A DNA stretch of 64,000 bases from Gaiellaceae bacterium. GTDB taxonomy: Bacteria; Actinomycetota; Thermoleophilia; Gaiellales; Gaiellaceae. A program made the translations under genes and the position numbers. Below, piece after piece: positions 9,465-18,082 of this stretch (positions are counted from its first letter, which is position 1; the number at the start of each line of letters is the position of its first letter). Below the pieces are notes generated by a model, which made no database searches, was not told the origin of the DNA, and worked only from the letters and a program-made list of their open reading frames with translations. The stretch is taken from the NCBI GenBank assembly GCA_035474195.1, contig DATINO010000080.1, positions 7,242-71,241 on the forward strand. The letters are read 5' to 3'.

Positions 9465-11024
9465 ATGGGATGGCTCGAGGACACGGAGCTTCGGATCGGG
9501 CTCGGCTGTATGCGGCTTGCGGACGACGAGCCCGTCGTCGCCGCGGCCGACGCCGGAGTGACGGTCTTCGACACCGCCCGCGCCTACCCCGGGAACGAAG
9601 AGCGGCTTGCTCGCGCGCTGCGCGGGCGGCCGGTTCGCATCGTCACCAAGGGCGGCATGGCGCGGCCCGGCGGGCGCTGGGTGCCCGACGGCCGCGCGCG
9701 TACCTTGCGAGCCGACTGCGAGGCCAGCCTCGCCGCGCTCGACGGCCTGCCGATCGACCTCTACCTCGTGCACGCACCGGATCCACGCACCCCGTGGCGG
9801 ACGACGATGCGCGCCCTCGTCAAGCTGGTCGACGACGGGCTCGTACGCCACGTCGGCGTTGCGAACGTGAACCGTAAGCAGCTCGACGAGGCACTCGAGC
9901 TCGCGCCGATCGCCGCCGTGCAGGTCCCGGTCAGCGTCTACGACGACCGCGCGATCCGCGGCGGCGTGGTCGCGCGCTGCGAGGAGCGCGGGCTCGCCGT
10001 GATCGCCCACTCGCCGCTCGGGGGTCGGCGCCGGATCGCGCGGCTGCGGCGCGACCAGAGCCTGCGCAGAGCCGGCGCGGCGCCGGAGCAGGTCGCGCTC
10101 GCATGGCTGCTCGATCAGTCGCCGTCGCTCGTCGCCATTCCGGGTGCACGAACCGCGGAGGCCGCGCGTTCCGCCGTGCGAGCCGCATCGCTCGAGCCCG
10201 CTCCGCCGTCGCCATCTGCGCCGAAGGCTCGGCGGCGGGACGGCGAGGTCGTCGTGCTGATGGGCATCCCCGGCGCCGGCAAGTCGCGCGCGGCCGAACG
10301 ATTCGTCGCGGACGGCTACGGGCGGTTGAACCGCGACGAGCGCGGAGGCACGCTCGCCGACATTGCCGGCGCGCTCGACGACACGTTACGCCGCGGCGAG
10401 TCGCGGGTCGTGCTCGACAACACGTACCTCACGCGTGCGCAGCGCAGCATGGCGATCGAGACGGCCGCACGCCACGGCGTGCCGGTCAGCTGCGTCTGGG
10501 TCGACACGCCGCTCGCGCAGGCGCAGGTGAACATGATCGAACGTCTCCTCGAGCGCTTCGGGAAGCTGCCGAGCCCCGAAGAGCTGCGAGGCCCCGCTCG
10601 TCGCGAACCCGGCCTGCACACGCCGACGTCGCAGATGCGCGCTGCACGCGAGTTGGAGGAGCCTGACGAGGACGAAGGCTTCCTTCGTATCGAGCGGGTT
10701 GCGTTCGAGCGCAGCGTCGGACCTGGAGTCGCCGGCGTGTTCGTGGCGGCGTCGGTGCTCGACCGGTACACCCTCGGGTCGCACACGCCGCACCTCGTGT
10801 TCGACTGGCGGCCGGGCGAGGAGGGGCCGTTCGAGCACGCCGTGTGCACGCACCCGGGCGGGCCGCCGATGTGTTGGTGCCGCCCACCGCTCCCCGGCCT
10901 GCTGCTCAACTTCGCGCGAACCCAGGCTGTCGCGCCGCAGCGCTCGCTCCTCGTCGGCGAGAGCGCAGCACACCGGACGCTTGCGCGAACGCTCGGCGCG
11001 ACGTTCGTCGATCCCTCGATCTAG
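9465..11024 (+). CDS. fusion protein: aldo/keto reductase + P-loop kinase (AAA_33/polynucleotide-kinase-like) + degenerate HAD-IIIA-like tail
   Basis: AKR part: RIGLGCMRL...DLYLVHAPD...IAHSPLGG. Walker A: VVLMGIPGAGKSRAA. C-terminal CTHPGGPPMCWCRPPLPGLLL matches the GmhB/PNKP-type Zn-loop motif. Start trimmed to ATG 9465 because the upstream part of the track ORF overlaps the tRNA. Confidence 0.8.
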   Translation: MGWLEDTELRIGLGCMRLADDEPVVAAADAGVTVFDTARAYPGNEERLARALRGRPVRIVTKGGMARPGGRWVPDGRARTLRADCEASLAALDGLPIDLYLVHAPDPRTPWRTTMRALVKLVDDGLVRHVGVANVNRKQLDEALELAPIAAVQVPVSVYDDRAIRGGVVARCEERGLAVIAHSPLGGRRRIARLRRDQSLRRAGAAPEQVALAWLLDQSPSLVAIPGARTAEAARSAVRAASLEPAPPSPSAPKARRRDGEVVVLMGIPGAGKSRAAERFVADGYGRLNRDERGGTLADIAGALDDTLRRGESRVVLDNTYLTRAQRSMAIETAARHGVPVSCVWVDTPLAQAQVNMIERLLERFGKLPSPEELRGPARREPGLHTPTSQMRAARELEEPDEDEGFLRIERVAFERSVGPGVAGVFVAASVLDRYTLGSHTPHLVFDWRPGEEGPFEHAVCTHPGGPPMCWCRPPLPGLLLNFARTQAVAPQRSLLVGESAAHRTLARTLGATFVDPSI

Positions 11025-11063
11025 GCAGTTGGTGCCGTCCCGTCGTCTCTCTAGCGTTCAGGC

Positions 11064-12164
11064 GTGACGCGGGTCGACTGGATCGCGCTCGGCATCGCGG
11101 CGGTGTCGGCGTTCGGCGGGCTCCGGCGGGGGCTGATCGCGACCGCGCTTTCGCTCGCGGGTCTCGCGGCCGGGGCGGTGATCGGCGCGCGACTCGCTCC
11201 GCATGTCCTCCACGACGGCGCGAGCTCCCCGTACACACCGCTGGCCGGTCTCGTCGGGGCAATGGTCGGCGCGCTCGTCGTGCAGACGGTCGCGTCGTTC
11301 GCCGGAGCGTCGCTTCGCAAGGCGCTGTTCGTCATCCCGCCGCTGCGGCTGCTCGATACCGTCGGCGGCTTGCTCGCGGGCGCGGCGGTCGGCTTCGTCG
11401 TCGTGTGGGTGCTCGCGGCGGCGATCACGCAGGTGCCGGGTCACCCGAAGCTCCGCAACGAAGTGCTCGGCTCGCGGATCGTGCAGCAGCTGAACAGGCT
11501 CGCGCCGCCGCGCTCCGTGCTCCGTGCGTTCAACCGGATCGACCCGTTCCCGTCGATCGCAGGCCCGGCACCGCCGACGACCCCGCCCGATGCGCGCGCG
11601 CTGCAGTCGGTGCGCGCGCGCGGCGCGCGGCCGAGCGTCGTCCGTATCACCGGCACCGCGTGCGGTTTCGGCGTCGAGGGCAGCGGCTGGGTCGCGAAGC
11701 CGCACATCGTCGTCACGGCCGCGCACGTGGTCGCCGGGGCGTCGGGGATCCGCGCGCAGGGTCATGCGGCGACCGTGCTCGTCGTCGATCGCCGGCAGGA
11801 CGTCGCGATCCTTCGTGTGCCCGGCCTCAAGGCACCGGCGCTGCCGCTCGCCGATCCCCGCGACGGCGACTCGGTCGCGATCCTCGGCTTCCCGGAGAAC
11901 GGGCCGTTCGACGCGCGGCCCGGGCGCATCGGCGCGACCGCCGATGTCCTCATTAAGGGCTCGCTGCGCGAGGTGACCGCGGTGAGCGGGCTCGTCCGCC
12001 ACGGGAACTCCGGCGGCCCGGCAGTCAACGAGGCGGGTGAAGTCGAGCTGACCGTGTTCGCCGCCCGCATCGGCGCGCGCGCCGGCTACGGCATCCCGGC
12101 GGCGCCGGTCAGGCGGGACCTGGCGAAGGCAAAGAAGCCGGTCTCGACCGGCTCGTGCGGCTGA
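11064..12164 (+). CDS. MarP-like membrane-anchored serine protease (CvpA-like TM domain + trypsin-like S1 domain)
   Basis: Four N-terminal TM helices, then the catalytic triad context VVTAAHVV (His), DVAILRV (Asp), GNSGGPAV (Ser). Confidence 0.85.
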   Translation: MTRVDWIALGIAAVSAFGGLRRGLIATALSLAGLAAGAVIGARLAPHVLHDGASSPYTPLAGLVGAMVGALVVQTVASFAGASLRKALFVIPPLRLLDTVGGLLAGAAVGFVVVWVLAAAITQVPGHPKLRNEVLGSRIVQQLNRLAPPRSVLRAFNRIDPFPSIAGPAPPTTPPDARALQSVRARGARPSVVRITGTACGFGVEGSGWVAKPHIVVTAAHVVAGASGIRAQGHAATVLVVDRRQDVAILRVPGLKAPALPLADPRDGDSVAILGFPENGPFDARPGRIGATADVLIKGSLREVTAVSGLVRHGNSGGPAVNEAGEVELTVFAARIGARAGYGIPAAPVRRDLAKAKKPVSTGSCG

Positions 12165-12169
12165 CCGGG

Positions 12170-12300
12170 GCGCGGATCGGTGGTGCCAGGCACCGCAACA
12201 GAACTGCGACAGCGCATCCACAATCGCACGAAACCCCTGCATCCGACCTGTGGCGGATGGGACATGCCCGGTGCCAGGCACCGTTACGAAGTGCGCACCC
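12170..12300. repeat. two diverged copies of the REP-like element (cores GGTGCCAGGCACC at 12182-12194 and 12270-12282)
   Basis: The same 13-nt palindromic core and flanks (CATG..C, GTGCGC, CCACAA.GCACG) are seen at 17295-17362 and 37595-37659. It fills the convergent gap between two gene 3' ends. Confidence 0.65.
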
Positions 12301-12304
12301 GTCG

Positions 12305-14107
12305 CTAGGAGCCGCCGAGGCCCGTGAGCACGTCGAGCACGCCGAGCGGCCGCCGGAACGGCGCCACCACGTAGACGCCCGCCGCCAGCGACTTCGCGTC
12401 CTCGATCAGCCCGCGCACCAGCTCCACGCCGAACGCCGCCGCGTCCGGGCCGGCGGCGCGGTAGCGCTCCTGCACGCGATCGGGGACGACGATGCCCGGC
12501 GTCTCGTTGTGCACCCGCACCGCCAGATCGAGCGACCGGATCGGCCACACGCCGACGAGCAGCGGGATCGGCGAGCCGCCGATCCGCTCCAGGAACGACT
12601 CGAGATACGACAGGTCGAACAGCACCTGCGTCATCGCGAACCGCGCCCCCGCCTCGACCTTCAGCCGGAACCGCTCCGCCTCCAGCCCTAGATCGTCCGC
12701 GGTCGGGTTCACCGCCACGCCCGGGAAGAACGACGTCGGCGCGTCGATCGCGCGGCCGTGGAAGTCGACGCCCGAGTTCAGCCGCGCCATCAGATCGACA
12801 AGGCCGATCGCGTCGACGTCGTACACCGACCCGGATCCCGGATAGTCGCCCTGCTCGGGCGCGTCGCCGGTGACTGCAAGAACGTTGCGCACTCCCGACG
12901 CGTGCGCGCCGAGCAACAGCGACTCGAGCCCGGCGAGCGTCGAATCGCGCGGCGTCAGGTGCGGGACAACCTCGATCCCCGCCGCGGCGCGGATCGCCAC
13001 TGATGCCATCAAGCCGCTCATCCGCGCCCGCGCGCGCGGGTTGTCGTTCACGTCGACGACCTGAGCGAGGCCCGAGTCGCGCACCGCAGCAGCCGCGTCG
13101 ACCAGTCCCTGCACCGAGCCGCCGAGCGGCGGATCGAGCTGCACCGATACGACGAACTCACCCGAGGCGAGCAGGCGCTCGAGCTCCGTCGGCTCGGCCG
13201 CGGTCACCGGCAGCGGCTCGAGCGACCGTTCACGGGCCCGAGGCGCGGCGACCGCCTCGCGGTTCTCGTCCACCGCCGCGCGGATCGCGGCGACCTGCGC
13301 GGGCGTGACACCGCAGCAACCGCCGATCAGCCGCGCGCCGAGAGCCCGCGCCCGCGCGGCGAACTCGCCGAAGTACTCCGGCGTCGCGTGCGGGAACGCG
13401 AGCCGCGCACCGCTGAACGTCGCGAGGCCGACGTTCGGCAAGGCGGCGAGGGCAGAGCCGGGAGCCGACATCTCGGCCAGCGCCGCCAACGCAGCAGCCG
13501 GCCCGCGGCCGTGATTCGCGCCGAACGCCTCGACGCCCAGCGAACGCAGCCGCTCCGCCGCCGCCTGCGCCGAGACCCCGCCGATCGTGACCGCGTCGCT
13601 GTCGAAGCTCATCAGCGCCACGATCGGCAACCCCGACACCGACCGAACCGCCTCGACCGCGACCTCGAGCTCGTCGAGGTCGTAGAACGTCTCGACGACG
13701 AACAGGTCGGCACCGCGCCCTTCCAGGATCCGTGCCTGCTCGGCGAACGGCTCCTGGTCTCGGTCACCGGACGGCCCGATCGCCGCCCCGATCAGCACTT
13801 CGCGGCCGGTGATCTCGCGCGCCTCCCGCGCGAGCTTCACCGCCGCCGAGTTGATCGCCTCGAACGAGTCCTCGAGGTGGTGCTGGGCGAGCTTTCGCCG
13901 GTTCGCGCCGAAGGAGTTCGTCTCGATCAGGTCGGCGCCGGCGTTGATGAAGCTGACGTGCACCGAGACGACCGCTTCGGGTGCACGGATGTTCGCCTCT
14001 TCCGGCACCCGCAGCCCGGGAACCGCCGCCGAGAGCAGGACGCCCGTCCCGCCGTCGGCCACGAGCGGCGGCCCCTCGAGCAGCCGATCGGTGAAGGTCA
14101 GCCCCAC
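12305..14107 (-). CDS. bifunctional homocysteine S-methyltransferase / methylenetetrahydrofolate reductase
   Basis: N-terminal Hcy-binding domain (LVADGGTG, ...IGGCCGVTP zinc motif) followed by an MTHFR-like C-terminal half. The track start is TTG 14161, but the first 18 codons are GC3-poor, so GTG 14107 is preferred. Confidence 0.85.
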   Translation of the reverse strand: MGLTFTDRLLEGPPLVADGGTGVLLSAAVPGLRVPEEANIRAPEAVVSVHVSFINAGADLIETNSFGANRRKLAQHHLEDSFEAINSAAVKLAREAREITGREVLIGAAIGPSGDRDQEPFAEQARILEGRGADLFVVETFYDLDELEVAVEAVRSVSGLPIVALMSFDSDAVTIGGVSAQAAAERLRSLGVEAFGANHGRGPAAALAALAEMSAPGSALAALPNVGLATFSGARLAFPHATPEYFGEFAARARALGARLIGGCCGVTPAQVAAIRAAVDENREAVAAPRARERSLEPLPVTAAEPTELERLLASGEFVVSVQLDPPLGGSVQGLVDAAAAVRDSGLAQVVDVNDNPRARARMSGLMASVAIRAAAGIEVVPHLTPRDSTLAGLESLLLGAHASGVRNVLAVTGDAPEQGDYPGSGSVYDVDAIGLVDLMARLNSGVDFHGRAIDAPTSFFPGVAVNPTADDLGLEAERFRLKVEAGARFAMTQVLFDLSYLESFLERIGGSPIPLLVGVWPIRSLDLAVRVHNETPGIVVPDRVQERYRAAGPDAAAFGVELVRGLIEDAKSLAAGVYVVAPFRRPLGVLDVLTGLGGS

Positions 14108-14245
14108 AAGGGGGAACCTAGTCAAGCGGTCAGGTGAACCACCTATCCGGTGATAGATCAAGAGCCTTCATTCGTCCATGCTCTGTAAGACCTCTGGCGG
14201 GCCCGATGCGGCGGGGCCCCGGGGGTGGGGGCACTACCAACCCAA

Positions 14246-14275
14246 GAAGACGGCGTCTGCGGCGACGCCGTCTTC
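14246..14275 (-). terminator. strong hairpin, candidate (bidirectional) intrinsic terminator after the small gene 14283..14690
   Basis: GAAGACGGCGTC-tgcggc-GACGCCGTCTTC is a perfect 12-bp stem. It is flanked by an A-run and TTGGGTTGG on the minus strand, and by ACTTTTT on the plus strand. Confidence 0.5.
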
Positions 14276-14282
14276 ACTTTTT

Positions 14283-14690
14283 CTAGGACACTTTCAGGCG
14301 GCCGACGTAGGTGACCCAGCCCCGCGGGCCAGTCGCGTGCACCGTCACCCCGCCGCCGCGGGACGCGGCCCAGCTCACGACCCTGCCGCGTGTCACGGCC
14401 GCCACCTGCCTGCCCGCGATCGCGACGCGCACGTGCCGGGGAGTGAACCCGAGCCCGACGGAGACCGTCCCTCCCCGAGTTGCCGTCGCCGTCTTCTTGG
14501 CCGACGAGAACGGCGCACCACAGTGCGCGTTCCAGCACCACGACGACATGACGAGCGGCACCGTCCCGGTCGGCGTCGAGAGCACCGCCCGCGGAGGCGC
14601 GGTGAGCACGAGTGCAGCGATCAACGCGACCACGAAAGCACGGTACCGCGCATAGCAAAGAAGGACTTTCGCTGCCGAAGAAAAAATCAT
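14283..14690 (-). CDS. small secreted or membrane-anchored hypothetical protein
   Basis: 135 codons from ATG 14690, using the lower part of track ORF 14283..15587. Signal/TM segment YRAFVVALIAALVLTAPP, GC3-rich codons, hairpin directly after the stop. The upper part of that track ORF is antisense to the sigma-factor gene. Confidence 0.5.
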   Translation of the reverse strand: MIFSSAAKVLLCYARYRAFVVALIAALVLTAPPRAVLSTPTGTVPLVMSSWCWNAHCGAPFSSAKKTATATRGGTVSVGLGFTPRHVRVAIAGRQVAAVTRGRVVSWAASRGGGVTVHATGPRGWVTYVGRLKVS

Positions 14691-14816
14691 CCCTCTTCGG
14701 CGAACCTGATGTAATGTCCGCTGCGTCAGAGGGTGAAGCCGGATATGAGCAGTGCCGGCTCTTTGCGTTTCGGTTGTTCCCCCGTCAACCCACGCGTAGC
14801 CGGAGGTCGTGCTCAG

Positions 14817-15914
14817 GTGCTCACTGTCGACATTGCTCTTCCCGACGTCGAAGAGCTGCAAAAACTCGTTGCGTCGGGACAGGAGAAGGGGTTCCTCACC
14901 TACGACGAGATCGTCAAGGGGATCGAGGAAGTCGAGCTCACGAAGGAGCAGGTCGAGGATTTCACGACGTACCTGATCGACCACGGCGTCGAGCTCGTCG
15001 AGGGTGAAGAGCACAAGCGCCTGCCGCACGAGCAGCCGCTCGTCGAAGAAGAGGTGAAAGCAGCGCCGAAGCTCGACCTCACCGTCGAGCCGTCGCTCGA
15101 CTCGCTGCGGCTCTACCTGCGCGAGATCGGCAAGGTGCCGCTGCTCACCGCCGACCAGGAGGTCTATCTGGCGAAGCGGATCGAGCGCGGCGACATGATC
15201 GCGAAGACGCAGATGATCGAGGCGAACCTGCGCCTCGTCGTCTCGATCGCGAAGGGCTACCTCGGGCGCGGGCTGTCGTTCCTCGACCTGATCCAGGAAG
15301 GCTCGCTCGGCCTGATCCGCGCCGTCGAGAAGTTCGACTATCGCAAGGGCTACAAGTTCTCGACGTACGCGACCTGGTGGATCCGGCAGGCGGTGACAAG
15401 GGCGATCGCCGACAAGGCGCGCACGATCCGCATTCCGGTCCACATGGTCGAGAAGCTGAACAAGGTCGTGCACATCGAGCGCCAGCTCGTTCAGCGGCTC
15501 GGCCGCGAGCCGCGGCCCGAGGAGATCGCCGAGGAGCTCGAGATGACGACGGAAGAGGTGCGCGAGATCCTCCGCATGGCGCAGCACCCGGTCTCGCTCG
15601 AGAAGCCGATCGGCGAGGAAGAGGATTCGGAGCTCGGTGACTTCGTCGAGGACGAGAACACCGAGACGCCCGACGAGGCCGCGTCACTGACGCTCCGCCG
15701 TTCCGACATCGAGAACGCATTGAACGCGCTGCCGGAGCGCGAGCGTCAGGTGATCGAGTTGCGTTTCGGTCTCACGGGCGGTCAGCCGTGCACGCTCGAG
15801 GAAGTCGGCAAGGCGTTCGGCGTGACACGCGAGCGCATCCGGCAGATCGAGAACAACACCCTGAAGAAGCTCGAGGGCCTGCCCGAGGCGCAGGCTCTCC
15901 GCGACTGCGTCTAG
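14817..15914 (+). CDS. rpoD: primary-type RNA polymerase sigma-70 factor (regions 1.1-4.2)
   Basis: [24 protein letters not shown] (region 1.2/2.1), [28 protein letters not shown] (2.4/3.0), [17 protein letters not shown] (4.2). GTG 14817 lies 10 nt after GGAGG. The track start 14733 is possible but less likely. Confidence 0.9.
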   Translation: MLTVDIALPDVEELQKLVASGQEKGFLTYDEIVKGIEEVELTKEQVEDFTTYLIDHGVELVEGEEHKRLPHEQPLVEEEVKAAPKLDLTVEPSLDSLRLYLREIGKVPLLTADQEVYLAKRIERGDMIAKTQMIEANLRLVVSIAKGYLGRGLSFLDLIQEGSLGLIRAVEKFDYRKGYKFSTYATWWIRQAVTRAIADKARTIRIPVHMVEKLNKVVHIERQLVQRLGREPRPEEIAEELEMTTEEVREILRMAQHPVSLEKPIGEEEDSELGDFVEDENTETPDEAASLTLRRSDIENALNALPERERQVIELRFGLTGGQPCTLEEVGKAFGVTRERIRQIENNTLKKLEGLPEAQALRDCV

Positions 15915-15986
15915 GTACATCTTCCGCGGCGCCGAGTTGGTCGGCAGGGCGCGACCTGGGGGTGACGTGAGAGAGTTCCGGTTCCC

Positions 15987-17270
15987 ATGGGGGGCCGGGC
16001 ACTTCTCGTCGCAACACTTTTCGTCGTGATCTCGGGCTCGTTCGCGAGCCCGAGCCACGCGTCGAACAGCATCAAGTACGGGATCCAGGACGACGCCTGG
16101 ATCGAGTTCGGTCCGGGGAAGCTCAACCAGCGCCTCGACACGCTGAAGCACCTCGGTGTGCCGCTCGTTCGCTTCACGATCCACTGGGACGTGATCGCGA
16201 AGAAGCGACCGGCCGATGCGACGTCGCCGCGGGATCGCGCGTACGACTGGAGTCGCTCCGACCGCATCCTGCTCGCGATTCGCCGGCACGGGCTGGCACC
16301 CGTCGTCACCCTGCTCGGGACGCCGGGGTGGGCAAACAGCGGCAAGGCGCCGAACTATGCGCCGGTGCGGCCGCGCGACTTCCGCGCGTTCGCGCATGCG
16401 GCAGCGGCGCGCTATCCGTGGGTGCGCGACTGGTTGATCTGGAACGAGCCGAACCACCCGCTCTGGTTGAAGCCCACGAAGGCATCGATCTACGTCGAGC
16501 ATCTGCTCAACCCCGGCTACGAGGGGATCCACGCCGTTCTTCCGCACGCGCTCGTCGGGGGCGGCGTGACCGCGCCGCGCGGTGGTCTCGGCGGCGTGGC
16601 GCCCGTCACCTGGCTGCGCGGCATGGCGCGGGCGCACGCCAAGCTCGACGCGTACGCCCACAACCCGTACCCGCTACGCCCGGGCGAGACGCCGTCGGGT
16701 CACGGCTGCCGGTTCTGTCCCACGATCACGATGGCGACGCTGCCGAAGCTGCTGATCCTCGTCCGGCGCTACTGGGGGCTGAAGCCGGTCTGGCTGACCG
16801 AGTACGGCTACCAGACGAATCCGCCCGATCAGTTCCTCGGCGTGTCGCCGCGCAAGCAGGCGACGCTGCTCAGCCTCGCCGACATGCGCGCGTGGCGGCT
16901 CGCGCGCGTGACGATGCTGATCCAGTACCTGTACCGCGACGAGCCTCAGCTGAGTCGGTTCCAGACCGGGCTCGTCTACATCGACGACAAGCCGAAGCCG
17001 TCGCTGAACTCGTTCAGGCTGCCGTTCGCGGAGATGAAGCGGTCGGGCTTCGAGACGGTCGTCTGGGGCCAGCTCCGCGACGGGAAAACGGGACGCGAGC
17101 AGTACGAGATTCAGATCCTCAGGAAGAACAAGTGGGTCTCCGTCGCCGGGGTTCGGCTGACCAATGACAACGGCGTCTTCCTGCGCACGATCCGTTTGAA
17201 GAAGGGCTCGCTGCTCCGGGTCTGGTCACCGAAGCAGCGGCTCTACAGCCTGCGCGTGCGCGTCCGCTAG
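15987..17270 (+). CDS. secreted glycoside hydrolase, clan GH-A TIM-barrel (GH5/GH39-like)
   Basis: Signal peptide LLVATLFVVISGSFASPSHA. Candidate acid/base WNEPN and nucleophile WLTEYGY motifs at the spacing typical of clan GH-A. Confidence 0.7.
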   Translation: MGGRALLVATLFVVISGSFASPSHASNSIKYGIQDDAWIEFGPGKLNQRLDTLKHLGVPLVRFTIHWDVIAKKRPADATSPRDRAYDWSRSDRILLAIRRHGLAPVVTLLGTPGWANSGKAPNYAPVRPRDFRAFAHAAAARYPWVRDWLIWNEPNHPLWLKPTKASIYVEHLLNPGYEGIHAVLPHALVGGGVTAPRGGLGGVAPVTWLRGMARAHAKLDAYAHNPYPLRPGETPSGHGCRFCPTITMATLPKLLILVRRYWGLKPVWLTEYGYQTNPPDQFLGVSPRKQATLLSLADMRAWRLARVTMLIQYLYRDEPQLSRFQTGLVYIDDKPKPSLNSFRLPFAEMKRSGFETVVWGQLRDGKTGREQYEIQILRKNKWVSVAGVRLTNDNGVFLRTIRLKKGSLLRVWSPKQRLYSLRVRVR

Positions 17271-17294
17271 GCCATTGGCCTGAACTGCCGTGCG

Positions 17295-17362
17295 TTGTGG
17301 AGGCATGTCCTCCATGCGAAGCGCACTACACGGTGCCTGGCACCAGACATGGCGCGATCAGG
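17295..17362. repeat. REP-like palindromic element (core GGTGCCTGGCACC at 17332-17344)
   Basis: 52 of 59 manually aligned positions (17304-17362 against 37601-37659) are identical. It also contains the inner hairpin GGAGG-catgt-CCTCC. It lies in a convergent intergenic gap. Confidence 0.7.
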
Positions 17363-17377
17363 CTCGTCCGAACCTGA

Positions 17378-17533
17378 CTACTTGGCGCGCGCAGCCGGCA
17401 CGAACAGCCGGCAGTGTGGGCACTTGTATCCGCGGTACCGTTCGGCGTCGCCGGCCATCAGGCTCGCCGTGAACGTCTTCTTGCAGTGCGGGCAGACGAC
17501 TTCGGTCGTCTCTTCCTCGCGTTCCTCGGCCAT
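17378..17533 (-). CDS. small zinc-ribbon protein (51 aa), below the ORF-track length cutoff
   Basis: My translation: MAEEREEETTEVVCPHCKKTFTASLMAGDAERYRGYKCPHCRLFVPAARAK. Two CPHC pairs, strongly GC3-biased codons, start 9 nt after the cyclophilin stop. Confidence 0.6.
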   Translation of the reverse strand: MAEEREEETTEVVCPHCKKTFTASLMAGDAERYRGYKCPHCRLFVPAARAK

Positions 17534-17542
17534 TCGGCCAAG

Positions 17543-17998
17543 TTAGCTCAGACTGATCCCCTCGATGCGAACCTCGTCGCGCGGGCGGTCGCCGGGGCCG
17601 GTGTCGAGCTTCGAGATCGCGTCGACGACGTCCATCCCCGACGTCACGCGGCCGAAGACCGTGTGCTTGCCGTCGAGCCATGGGCACGCGTCGGCGGTGA
17701 CGATGAAGAACTGCGAGCCGTTCGTGTTCGGGCCGGCGTTCGCCATTGCCAGCGCGCCGCGCTCGACCGGATGGTCGTTGAACTCGTCCTCGAACTGGTA
17801 CCCGGGGCCGCCCGAGCCGGTGCCGGTCGGGTCGCCGCCCTGGATCATGAAGTCCTCGATCACGCGGTGGAAGACAATCCCGTCGTAGAAGCCCTCGCCG
17901 GCGAGCTTCGTGAAGTTCTCGACCGTCTTCGGCGCCTCGCCCGGGAAGAGCTCGATCTCGATCGTGCCGTGGTTCGTCTGCATGGTTGCGTTGGTCAT
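17543..17998 (-). CDS. peptidyl-prolyl cis-trans isomerase, cyclophilin type
   Basis: HGTIEIELF...[25 protein letters not shown]...GSQFFI is the cyclophilin signature. Start trimmed to ATG 17998 ([11 protein letters not shown]). Confidence 0.9.
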   Translation of the reverse strand: MTNATMQTNHGTIEIELFPGEAPKTVENFTKLAGEGFYDGIVFHRVIEDFMIQGGDPTGTGSGGPGYQFEDEFNDHPVERGALAMANAGPNTNGSQFFIVTADACPWLDGKHTVFGRVTSGMDVVDAISKLDTGPGDRPRDEVRIEGISLS

Positions 17999-18082
17999 GC
18001 CCGGGAGGCTACGGAAGATGTGCACCCGGCCGCGCGTTTGGTGTAGATAGGAAATTGCGGCAACACCACAGGAGGCTTGGGA

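Noticed and set aside
14108-14245. SAM, SAH or THF riboswitch upstream of the Hcy-methyltransferase/MTHFR gene.
   Set aside because: I could not align the leader to the consensus cores of these riboswitch classes from memory. It is reported only as an unexplained leader, not as an ncRNA feature.
14691-15587. Upper part of the 434-aa minus-strand ORF 14283..15587.
   Set aside because: It is exactly antisense to the primary sigma-factor gene. Only the lower 135 codons (14283..14690), which lie outside that gene and have a signal-like segment and a terminator, were kept.
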